DNA from: Bugula neritina | Lineage: Eukaryota > Animalia > Bryozoa | Direction: 5' to 3' | NCBI GenBank assembly: GCA_964035545.1 | Contig: OZ037768.1 | Coordinates: 4,744,741 to 4,808,740 of the forward strand | DNA length: 64,000 nt | Part shown: positions 13,251 through 25,659 of the stretch, piece after piece | Position numbering within the stretch: position 1 is the first letter of the stretch | How the letters are laid out: every line of letters starts with the position of its first letter | Notes under the pieces: generated by a model | The model's input: the letters and a program-made list of their open reading frames with translations, nothing else | What the model was told of the DNA's origin: nothing | Databases searched by the model: none | Position numbers and translations under genes: made by a program

Positions 13251-14215
13251 CTCTAAGGTCTATGAGCAAACATAATGTGTCACTATTAACTTGTGATCTT
13301 TGTAGAGTTTTATTTTAATTTTGACAACAGACATCTACTTTGCTTCTCCCACTAAAATGATATAACTTAGTTTTAATTGAGTGGCCTTCCATTCATAAAA
13401 AGTAATAAGTAAAAAAACTCTGCAGAGATAGCCATCAGCTATAAGGTGCAACTTTCATCACTCGTAACTGATATTCAATTCAATTTTGCATTTTCGTGTT
13501 TACATGCTTGCCTACAGCCTTACGCATTTGAAAAATATACGCACCAAACACAAAATGTAAAAATTGATGAACAGGTAAAATATAAAAGTTTCTGAGATGA
13601 GATGTTCTGGAGCAGAATACCATGCATTTGGATGAGAGATAGAAAATTTGTGTGACTATTAGGTATAAATGGACATTTGAAGGCTAGTGATTTATTTCAA
13701 GAACTTGATCACATGAATGATCTACAACAAATGGTTAGATCCATCAAATTTCTATTAGAAAATAGTAGTTCAAAAAGAGAACCTTTACATTTAAGTATTA
13801 TTAAAATATTTATATATTATATTTTAGCTACTATCTACAGATTAAGGGTTGTCATCCCAAACAAGTTTGTTTTGTAATAAGTTTTGTGCACACATTGCCT
13901 GAATTAGGTTATGATTTTTGATCACTGTTATATATTCGCATTTATGATACATGCAAGGTCTATACAGAATCTTGGAACAATAAACAAATAATTCTACAAC
14001 AAATATTAGTTGAATTCCTAAACTGTCCAAGGCAAATGCAAAGATCATGATTTATAACAAAAATTATATAGATAGTAACGTGGCTGATATTAAACTAAAA
14101 TATTCACATCAGATCCACCAAACAGGGTTGAATAGAAATATTTTACAACAATTACTATTATACAAAGAGCTAAGTAAGTGGCAAAGGGTGTAGTAACTTA
14201 AATTGAACAGCTAAG

Positions 14216-17200
14216 CTATTGCAGCAAAGAGAAAAACAAAATATAGGCTGATAAAGTTAAATTTACAGTGAATAGTCCTGATGTCTTTTGAGCTAAAAAC
14301 CAAAACAAGGTAAGGAATTATCAACAGTTACAAAATATAGTATATGAAAATAACAAGTCGATGCAGCTAACAACTAACATAGCCTTACTAGCAGCTATGC
14401 TAATTTCACTAAAACTGGCTTTCTCCCAAAACATTTGGCCTACATTTATAATTTTAGTATTTTATTGCACAGTTAACTTTGAGGAGCAAAATTGTATGTA
14501 AAAATAACTTGAAAGGTTACAAACACAAACCAAATTATTAGTGGCAGCAATAGAGTCCAAGTACAGTTTCAAAATTCGAGCTGCACTGCAAACACTTTAC
14601 AGGAATAGTCTCAAAATCAACCAGATCTTTAAAGATCACAACATTAGCAAAAAGTGAAGAGAGATAAATGAACACCTCTTAATAAGAGATTGTCAATTTT
14701 TCAGCATTTAATGAACAACTTACTTGCAGTAGAAATGGAAACTAAAATCTCTAGACTGTGATTGGTGTGTGTTTCCAGATAGTTCCCATCAGGCTCACGG
14801 ACAACAGTTATGACTGAACACCGATATGTTATTTTAGTTGAAGAGTGAAAGTACTTGTATAATGGAAGCACCGAATCCACGCGTAAGGTTATAACTCCAT
14901 TTGACAGATCTTCTGTGATTGGTATTTGATTTGGAAGAGCTTTCACACCTGGAAAGGTTTGTCCATCAAAGTAGAGCAAGAACAGATGGTTTTGTAAAGC
15001 AGCAGTCCACTGCACCTACAACAATGAAAAAGAATATTAATAACATATTGTTGCCAATGAAGAAAACTTAACTACAAGGTTTTAGGTAGCAGCTTTATAT
15101 AAGCCCAAGTCATAAAATCTGAAGTATCTTGAAGTGAAACATTAGTTATTTATTTGTTTGTTAATTCACATTCATTTCCTAATGTTTATAATAAAATGGG
15201 GATAAAACATCATTCTGAAAATCAGGAGTAGGTTGCTACTGCTGAGGCTTTCTATTTCAAAGCTGTTCTTATTGCCAATGTTTGAAATCAGTTTGTGCAT
15301 GAGTGCGTGTAATTGAATAAGTTGAGGGAAAAATGTAGCTATATTAGTTTATTATAAAGAAATTATAACTGAAACAAAAATAAAACTGAAAATAAAATAA
15401 AATGATATAGGCACAACCTTAGCATATGTCAAAGAAGTATCCAGGTTTTTATAGGAACAAGTGACACTGAAGGGGGAGTCTACACTTATCTCATACGTCT
15501 GAGATTTTAGATCAAATGGGACTGTTGCTTTGATATCAGTCATAAAACGATGCACAATTTTCCACTCTCTCTGGAAATAAAAGTGATATATCGTGAGATA
15601 ATGATTAGAGTGAACATTCATTTGACATCCAATATTCAGTTATTGCCATTGGAACAGTGCTTCTCGTTGAGTCATCAATATATATGTTGGCTCTAGGAAT
15701 GCACAAAACCAATCATAACTGGGTGGCATTTTTGACATCATTGGGTATTTTTGTCCCATTGGGTGCTAACCTTTAAATTAGGATCTAGACTAAAGCTCTA
15801 ACCAGTTGACTGTGGCAGCTTCATGCAATTTCTCAGAATGGCTATTGAAATTATCATTCTATTTGAAATTTTATTTTTTTAAAAGTGATCAGGTTTTAAA
15901 TTCTTAATTGAAGTCTTCTAAAAGAAACTAGGTAGGTTTATTTCAAGAAAGAATTTCCGATAAGTATCGAGGTTCATCTTACTAACTTTAACCTTGTTTC
16001 CTTTTCATGCTTTGTAAATGTAACTTTGTAAATCTGTTTAATAGAGTTGTTGAGTTACCCGATTTAATAATTTTTAACTTTACGTTACAACTTTTTTACG
16101 TAGCTGAAACACTTTGGACAGAGCAATTTCTGAAAAAACTAGAAACATGAATACAATTTATATACCTATCTAGTATGCATGTTAACCAACCACCTTTGAA
16201 ACAGTAAAACAATGAAAACAGAAAACTTAATTTTCAAAGAACAATTGTATATTAAAACATCTGATTTAAGTATAAAATTAACTGACTAATGCGAATAAGA
16301 ACATTCAACGATATACCGCAGCGGTTGTCCCTGACAATACAAAACACATATTTTATCAAATAACTTCAATTTACACACAGCCATACAAAACATGCAGTTC
16401 CTACAACATAATTCAGAACCATATGATGACACACGCAGATTATATTAAAAAAAGCAATGTTAATATTTTTACTAGATTACAATTTACTGGAATATTGTGA
16501 TAGATTCTCATCCTCTACTGTTCTCAAGTAACTGCGTGTGTCAGTATATTTTGAATGCTGTTGGGCTAGCTTTCTAATGCCCTATTATTGTGATTGTTGT
16601 TAAAGCTTTCAGTATAATGTAATTTTTAATGAAATACGCATTTCCAGAGTTATTTTCCCTTTTTGCTATTTTATCGTTTTGCATTAATACTGATACTGGA
16701 AATTTGTGTAGCTTTTATGAATGCCTTCAATAGGTTGTTATTATAGCTAAATTCTTGGCCTATTGAATGATTCATTCTCCTTTGTCTATTTTTCTTTTGT
16801 TACTGTCAAGCTTAACTTTCTTTTGTCTGTTGGAACATTCTAGATGTGAATTCTTGTGTATAAAAGCAGGCGAGTTTCCAGTGTAGATTCAGACTACTAC
16901 TGGAGCTCGCTGGTAGTAGGGCCCTAAGCTGTATCTGATACAATAAAGGTTATCCTCATTTGTACTCAAATACTTGGCTTATTCTTTCTAGAGCATGTAG
17001 GCACTAGTTGCATTCAGAACCCACAGTTTACTACAATATCATTGTACGAGCATTAAATCTTCAAATTTCCCAGCAATATAGAACCGATCCATTGAAATAT
17101 GTGTTTTTAGCAAGTTTATAGCTAACTATAATTTTTATTACTATTATTTTTAATGCTATTATTCTTTAAGCCAAAACCTAAACTATAGATATACTCTCAT

Positions 17201-20200
17201 ACCATTTACCTAGTTTCCTTGGGTTAGAACTTGAACCTTTAAGATAGAACTGTTTCAAGATGGAAGCAATGCTTCCTGGTGAGTAACTATATTATTTTTT
17301 ATTAAAAATATCAGTATTATTATTGATTGTACCACAGTGTAAACTGGTGCAACTTCCTACAACTTTCTTAGTTTGAGATAGGTGCATTAATAGAGAAATT
17401 AGGAAATGATAGTGTTTTAAATAAAAAAAATAGCAAAAGAAGTTATATTCTCACAATAATTTTAACCAATCCAAATCAAAATCTATAAAGGCAACAAATA
17501 ACGAGCTAAGACTACCTAATTTTTGTTACTGCACCGCAATGCCTAGTCTATAGAGGTGCATTTACTTTGCCATTTTTAGTGATTACTGTTTTTATGTCAT
17601 TCAGTAATGTGCCTGTATCTGTACTTGTTATCTTTGTTTAACTTGAAAAAATGTATTTTTAACACAAATGCCTCAATTGACATCCCTCCTCTGCCACCTT
17701 CTTCCCTACTAATATACAACTTTCCACATCTGTTTCTTTTTGGTAGGGTGCATACAAAGTTTATTGTCATGAGCTTCCTTGCTCTTTATCCCATCTCTTT
17801 CAGCTCATTAACAGTTCATCAGTGGAGCATTCCAGTCGTATAATGCATTGATACAACTTCAATATTCATCCAATCAGCTTTGAGCTCAGAACTTGTTTAT
17901 TTGTTTATATTAGAATTTATCTTCTCTTTTTAGTCCATCATCTCTATAACTTCAAGGTACTTATAAAATTCTTCACCAAAAGTTTTATTTCCTGTTCTTC
18001 AATTTTCTTTACCTATTCCAGAACTAATGTGCCACACTCTTATAATATAAATTGATTTCTTATAAAAAGTTTTGTACAAAGCTTCAGCCCATCTATATAC
18101 AAGTAATTGTTTAAATTTCTGCTTTGCTGAAAATTGTAATCTTGAGATGCTTCCTCTAATAGAATTTGTAGGATTAGCAGTTAGGAAATGAGTAGAGAAT
18201 TGCTTAAAAAATATCTACTTTCACAGCTGTTTCCCCAGGGTACTCCAGCTCATTCTTGCAAGACCACATGATTTTTCTTGTTTACGAGATTGTACTACAA
18301 GCGATTAGTTTCATAGTCTCAAAGATTGAAAAAAGTGAGAACAAGACGCATGCTTTATGATAGCCTATCCAACACATTGCCAGGTTAACACTTCTTTCAA
18401 GTCACACATTATTGCCTTTTCAATCATGAGAATATCTTTGGTGCCCATTGACTTACTGATGCAGCCTTTCTGATTTCCCATAACATGTATATTATTAAAT
18501 CAGAACATGTAGCTGCCAGTTATTAATATACATGTCAATGTTTTCCACATGAATGGCTAACATGTAATAGAACAATAATTTCCAGCTGTTTGCCTGTAGC
18601 TAGGTCTTGTATGATCATACTGTTAGCCATGATGTCACTCATACAAGGACATCTCCTATATCTCACAAATGCTTCCGAGAAAAATCAGTTTAATCTGGGT
18701 CAGGCAATATCTAGTTGAGTATTTATAATAATATTGAAACTGCAAAATCTTCTGTCCCTACCAGAGAAACATGTGTGCTAACCAGTGTGTTAACCATTAC
18801 ACTATATAGGGGGGCTAAAATGGAATATTAACCCAACATAAACATTATTTTCATTATTTTTATATATCCCCCCACCATCAATTATGTGTAATTATTGAAA
18901 AATCCTAAATCAACCTATTGCTAAACATGCCATTGATATTTCACATATTTTACTTACTATTTAAAGAATTGCATCGTTCAAAGTCACCCATCAAATTTTT
19001 GTAAACACAGCAGTAAAGGTTTGAAAAGTCTTCTTCCATCAAATTTTTTATGGTCAGAGTGGTGATTATTGAAGCAGAGTCATCAGTCTTCCTGGTAAAA
19101 CTGTATCTAGTTGTTGTAGGATCAACATCTTTACTTGTACCTGCACTATAAGTTTATCAACACTAAAATAGGAGATTACAGATAGAACTACTAAATGCAT
19201 TGATTAATTATGTTTCATCATCTTTAGATATTTGGCAAATTGATATATCATAGCCTCAGGTTTTGACTATCATATTTTGTGTTATTCTCTGAGAGACTAG
19301 AGCAACCTTTTTTTCATAAGAAATGAAAAGACAAAGCTACTTACAAATGCCTAAATACACATAATTGCAATTGCTATATTAATTTCATGGCATATTTTTT
19401 GTTCTTCTGCAGAGATAAGTTGATAACACAACTCTAACAATCTGTAAACCTTGCACTAAAAACTGTTTGATGATAATGGTAGCACAATTTACAATTTTTA
19501 ACAAATTTTTAAATAAGAAGGTAACCAACTAAACACGGCTAAATTATAATTATAAATATCTCAATAATAACTAAGGCAATTGTAGATACTAACATAATTT
19601 AATTAAACAAAACAATTACATAAGAACAAGAAGTAAGAATTAAGGAATGCATATGTGTTTCATGCACAGAGCTGAATATTACACATATTACCATATTCAA
19701 ATGCTTCTTTATTTATATGCTAGTAGGTTAATGCTGGCAACTAAATCCTTCCGGAAATAAGAACCCCAATATTTCCTAATATGTTCAATAACTGTGTGAA
19801 GCACATCAGTTTAAATCTTACCATACTTACCAGGATTTGAAATACCATTTGATAGATGTCACAGGCGGAAGAGAGTTGGGTGATGTGCATGCTAATTGAG
19901 CCAGATTTGAACTTACTTGCTGTGATCTAAGGGCATCAATAACTGGGGGTCTGGCTGTAAAAACACAACAACTAGCTTGACGATAACTGCCTGGCGTTGA
20001 AAGATTGAAGCAAACAGGCATATACGCTCCAAGCTACCAACTTCTTACCTTTTATAAATTTTATGTTCAAAGAAATTAAATTTCATTAATCATGAAATAT
20101 TCTATTTAGAAAGTTTTATTTTTCAATATTCAAGTGGAGAAATTTGAAAAGCATATGACGCATTGCATCCTAGAGGAACACCAATAAAGCTTTGATCAAA

Positions 20201-23200
20201 AACTGAGCAGGGCCTAGTAAAAGAAGTATCAACAACTTCAGCATATTCCCAGGGCTCAAAGATAGAAAGACAAATTAAATTCTAAGATGAAACTTGTCTG
20301 TCCTTTAGGCTCTACTACTTTCTTAAGCTTAACATGTTTTAAATGTGATTGCTATGAGGAGGAGCCAATACTAATTTAGTAAAGAAGACAGTCCATCAGC
20401 AGCACATAAACATCAAGAGATACTATATTTTTCTATTGGTGAGGACTTATAAGCCAATATCGGTAAATATGGGTCTTCTCTATTTCTCGAAATGCTTTGT
20501 ACAGTCTGAACTTTTGTATTTTTTTGGGCCTGGTGATTTGAACAAAACCATAGTTAAAGGCAAAAGATTTGAAGTCTTCTAAAAAATACTGCACAATATG
20601 ATCAGAAATTTTAGAGCAAGGTGTCAAGCAAATATTTTCTTAATTGAAAAAAAATAACTTTAGAGCTGGTGATGTCTTTTAATAAAGCAACTTCTATGGA
20701 CAGAAAATGGTAACCAATCACAAGTAATAAAACAAGTCGATGCCTGGCTTTTTTTCAAATACGTATGTCTAGAAAACTTAAGGCATATGAGTTGGGATTA
20801 CGGAAGGTTTGCCTCTTTCCTAAAAAATTTCCATTTCTCTGTCATTTTTGCAATTATTTGAGACATTTTGAGCCACCCCACTGACTTTATAGCTCTAGCT
20901 CTCCACTTTGTTTTACCAATGTGACCTCTATGAGTCTTGTCAAACATGCACGCCTCGATGTTTGACTTAAATGACAACGCGATTGTCAAGAACTATATTT
21001 TATGACATTATTAATGGGGGTAAGCCTATACTGACATTCTAAATAAGAGTGCAACAAAATCTATTAGAATGAGAAATTGTGGGCCAGCCAGGCCTTTTAT
21101 AACGAAATATCATAAAATATGGCTTCATAATTATCTTGTCAAACTTTCATCTCAACGAACAAATGTGGCAGTGCTATACTGACGCAACATAATAAGAAAA
21201 ATCATCCACAGTCACAAATTTATTGTTTGGAAACATTATAGGAAAATCCCAAACCTCTGGTGGTTAGTTTTATTTAATTTAAAGAAAACATTCATTCATT
21301 ACTGATTAATTACAATATTTATAGAGAAATTGACAAAACATATACATTACCTTGTAAATGATTACACTTCTCAATTCTTCCTGCAATATTAGTATAAACA
21401 CAACAATGTGACCTCATAAAATCTGCAGCTTCAACAGGATCTATAATTAAAGTTGATATTATGGGTTTGGAGATGTTATTGAGGGTGGTTGTGGTTACAT
21501 GGTATCTGCTTCTTGAGTCATCCACTGCAGAGATCCTAAATAGAGCACCAAATACAATTGTGGTAAACAAATTCTTTCAACTAACTTCAAATTCGATTGT
21601 ATAAACTTTTAATTATAATGTATTCTGTGCTGTAGTTAAGAAAATTATGTTCTCATTCTGTACTATTCACTGGTTTATAGAGCCATGAAACACCAGTGAC
21701 TGGAAACTTAAGTAGGGGTCAGTTTTACCTTATGGCTAATTTACAAAATAAATTGAGTACATGCATGTCAACCTGGTTACCTTGTAAGTGAGCACACTTC
21801 TCATTGTCTCCAACATTATTACTATAAACACAGCAATATGACCTCATAAAACTTACATCTTAAGCCGCATCTATTACTAAAGTGGACGCTATTGGTACAA
21901 TTAAGAAGGTAACTGATATTAGTAGTACTTATATGATATCTGCATATTAAGTCATCCACTGAGAAAATTCTAAATTTAATGAATTGGTAAATCATATTTT
22001 CAGCAATTTTAAATGTAGTTTTTATTAGGTTTTTTAAATTACAATGTACTTGATATGCACTTACTCAATATTATTATAGGACCAGAAAACATCTGTCAAT
22101 GAAGACGCAAATTGTGAGGTTGAACAGCTAAAATTCAAGTACGGCCCACTTTGTGCTGTCACGAAGGATGCTTCAATTGATATTTTCGGCTTAGCTGTCA
22201 TAAAATGAAGAATAAAAATATATAATTTCAGTTCTAAAAAATAAAATTTTTCTATCCAAATTATTACAATAATATCTCATAAGCCAGTAAACACAACCTT
22301 TCACCAAGAGAATTTGGCCAATGCCACAATGATTTAGAAGTTAAACACAATCTGTTAGAGATATAATTTTTAAATAACAGCTTCAACATGGTATAAAAAC
22401 AAACAAAATAGTCGCTACTGTAAGCAATTCTTAATGCTGACAATAAAAAAACAGTAAAAAATCTTTAATTATGTGCAGCCAAAACTTTCACATGCAGTTG
22501 CTTAAAAAACATACGCAATATTCGTAAAGTGATATTCTTGGATATAGGAGAAGTCACTCTATTCCTGGCAGTGCAACTGTAAACACCAGCCTCTGCAAGG
22601 GTTACATCTTCCAATACCAAAATTTCCTCTGTATGCTGTATCAAAAATAGAAGAAAGTTGTAATATAATCAATATATAATTATAAAGTTATACAGTGTTG
22701 TAGCTGCATCAGACTACTTAAAGATGTTTTGTTCATTTTAGTTACATCCAAGTTTCTACTGTGCTATACATAGTCAATTGAATGTAAAATATTTAAGAAC
22801 TGAAATACATTAAATATAAAAATAACGGAAACAAATTATTCACCAAGTAACATAGAATATTAAAAATATTGTATATATATTTTTAAACTATTTCATTATG
22901 TACTGGCTATAAACTGCTTTCAGATACGACAGACAAATTAATGTAGTTACGGCTTTTATACTGTCTAACAATTTAATTTTGACAATAAAACTTTGGAAGT
23001 TGAAATGTTAAATAGATGAATATTCAGATTCTAAAACCATATTAGAAAAAACATGGACCTCACATAAAAAGGCATAAAATAAGTAGTTAATAGTATTTGA
23101 AGGTTACATCTGCAGAAGGGCGCAAAGTGATTCCATCCACTCTAACCCAAGTAACCTCTGGCGGAGGATACCCTGTTATTTTACAATCAAGTTTTGCATC

Positions 23201-25322
23201 ACTTCCTTCATTTGCTGTTATCTCAGTTTCACCATCCAAAAATCGCAGAGGCACTTTAAAGGAAAAATATATTCATAACTATATAGCGATAGCGACAATG
23301 CAATTAGCCGATGTAATTTAAATTTGAATGATCTTTGTTCAGTTACTAAAAGCAGTTCTTTTAATTGTTTTCCCATTATTTAGTCTGCAGTAAGCCTCAA
23401 CATTATTAGGTAAAAATACTTCAGATTTTAATCTCAAGTGATGCGCACATGAATATTACAAAACGCTTTGAAAAATTATTAATTAATTAGTGCAAAACAA
23501 GCTTTTGAAAAATAACCCTAAGCACAGATATTGGGTACTCTTTGTAACGAAGAAACCTAAATTTTACAATGGTAAATTACTATGATAATTAAGTACTGCT
23601 AAGGTTTATTCTTTATAATTTTGCAAATTTCTATTAGCTAATTAGTCCTTATGGGAGGCAACTCCTTGTCCTAGTAGCTCTAATACCACATTACAGTAAA
23701 GTGATAATACAACTATAGGTCCAACTCTAGAGAGGGGCTTTGAAAATAAAACTAGTTGAATAACCAGTATTAAATTTTTTAAATAATAATGGAGAATACT
23801 AGCATAAAATATACACTGGTTCACTTACATGCCACAGAAATTTCGATACTGTGGTTGGTATTTATCTGCGTAATTTTGTCATTATCATCCTTCTGGAGAA
23901 CCAACATTTCACATTGAAATAATATTGCTGAACTATTTCCAGTGCTATAGTAAGAAGATGATAATTGGTTCACTATGAGACTCATACTACCATCCCTAGG
24001 GCTATTTTCAGGAATTTCTTCAGGAATAACTTGGAAGCCTGGCTCGGGTCTACGGCGAGGGGTAAAAATTACCGAGGGTGATGTAAGTGAACCATACTTC
24101 CATTTCACCTACAAATGAAGCAAATAATATAAAGGAACTTATAAAAAAAAGCAAAGGCATCAAAATTAATGAGAAATTTGCAAGTAAAAATTTACTTACC
24201 TCACCATATGTATATGTGAAATCAGAATTTTCATAGAAACAAGTGATGTTAAAAGGTGTTGTAGGAGAGACGTCGTATTTACCGCTCTCAGCATTGTAAG
24301 CAACTGTAGTAGTAATATTGGCCATCGCACGATATATAATAGGAAATGATGATGACTCTTTTATAACAAACATCAGCAGACAGCCAAGCAAGCAGACATC
24401 CACTGCAACATAAATGTTATAAAAAGTATAGTGTGTATTACTAAATAAATAAAATTACTCCTGACTGAAACCAATTTTTTTAACTACATAGAGCTTTTTC
24501 TTGGATCCTTCAACCTCAGTCACACCTCCTTCATATAATCTTTCATCACAGCCATGGACTTACTACTGGGCCATCTTTTCTTCCTTTATTTTGGCATCGT
24601 CACAACCCTGATTTCCATGTAGCCTTCATCTCCCATCATCATTATGTGATGATGTGCAATTGTGCGTGTAACCCTGCTTTATAATTACTTTTGTTATTGT
24701 AATTACTTGAGCAGTTTGACCATTTACACTGATACTCAAACTCAAAATGGCTACCTTTCATATTTCAATAGTAATACAGAACATCTACTAATAGTATAAC
24801 TATATTAGTAATACTAATAATACATGCAAATTTATATGATGAGTTAAAATATAACAATTAGTATTGGTACTAGTAGCAGTATTATATTTATTAATACTAT
24901 AATAGCTATAGGTACTTGGAGTTAATCTTATACTTATAGAATTTAATAGTCAAGGTGATGGTGTCATTTATTCTCCATGATTTATTTAGAATTTATATCT
25001 TATTGCTGTCATTCATAATTTACAAAGTATTGGTAAAAAATTAATATTATATGATGTTGAAAATTTTGCTTTGCTTGATAATTCAAGTTTACAATGACTG
25101 TTATTAAACTTGAGTTTCAATTCAAATTGATAATTACCAACACTACTCATACTGTTAGTAACAGTCAGACTAATAGTAATACAAATGCAACAGTTATACT
25201 AAAAACAATAATATTATCAATATTTTAATAGTAATTATTAAATCCTAATGACCAAGTCCCTAAGACTATGAGTATGACTATGACTCAAAGTCAAGAGCAA
25301 TACCAGTACCACAAAACTTACT
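14216..25322 (-). CDS. IgB: 5-Ig-domain (V-I-Ig-Ig-V) surface protein with signal peptide and GPI-like tail, about 637 aa
   Basis: A of the start codon at 25322, then exons 24200-24402, 23829-24108, 23108-23253, 22515-22635, 22065-22194, 21351-21535, 19831-19954, 18958-19145, 16317-16330 (14 nt), 15418-15570, 14724-15015, 14216-14292. Total 1914 nt, open only if the dead exon 21781-21969 is skipped. Tail ...LTLSAYILFFSLLQ*. Confidence 0.78.
16500..18700 (-). mobile_element. Decayed non-LTR retrotransposon remnant (R4/NeSL-like) in an IgB intron
   Basis: Frameshifted minus-strand fragments resemble conserved motifs of these elements: xNQKGCISKSMGTKDILMIEKAI (~18410-18480), a WIxYxKAxxLV (WIDYKKAYD-like) stretch (~18340-18375), FYKYL (~17955-17972), KLYISREEGGRGGMSIE (~17675-17725), and IIIGAL near 16580. 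Boundaries are approximate. Confidence 0.6.
21655..21969 (-). pseudogene. Dead duplicated exons inside IgB: a frameshifted exon-7 copy with a stop (21781-21969) and a 5'-truncated exon-6 copy with a destroyed donor (~21657-21712)
   Basis: In the homologous frame 21781-21969 reads ...IDAA*DVSFMRSYCCVYSNNVGDNEKCAHLQ and needs a frameshift. The exon-6 remnant PVTGVSWLYKPVNSTE has ATGAGA in place of the paralogs' GTGAG donor. Confidence 0.85.
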
Positions 25323-25659
25323 GATCAAGACCTCTTCACACACTGCACAGTATAAATATAACTCTTGAAAATTAGATTTTAATGAATCCTCAGTGTCGTT
25401 AAAATGCTCATTATATTTACTGTATTTTGTGTCCGATCATGGTGATGAAGTTTTGCCTCATTATTAGTTTTTGACGTTAAACTTAAATTAGATGCCCAGC
25501 AGACGGCGTATTACCACGCGCACGCACGCCTTTTCTCATGCGTAAATATTTTTTAAATGACAGAATTGGCCAATGAACTGAAACTTCTTATAGTTCAGTG
25601 GTATTGGCCATTGGGGTCAAAGTGAGATTGCGTTGATTTGTCACACTCAAACGGCCAAA
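25323..25659. promoter_or_regulatory. Probable bidirectional promoter and 5'UTR region shared by IgB (-) and the ARMC10-like gene (+)
   Basis: The two start sites are divergent and only about 340 bp apart. A CpG-containing CAGCAGACG...CGCGCACGCACGC block is also present upstream of IgC and IgD. Confidence 0.6.

Noticed and set aside
14216-15570. Separate single-V-domain genes (also 30677-32161 and 39870-41419)
   Set aside because: No signal peptide, the IgB microexon has no ATG, and the 14-nt microexon joins them in frame to the upstream exons.
20100-21230. Possible transposon-derived block in an IgB intron
   Set aside because: It looks repeat-like, but I could not define TIRs, a TSD or protein similarity.
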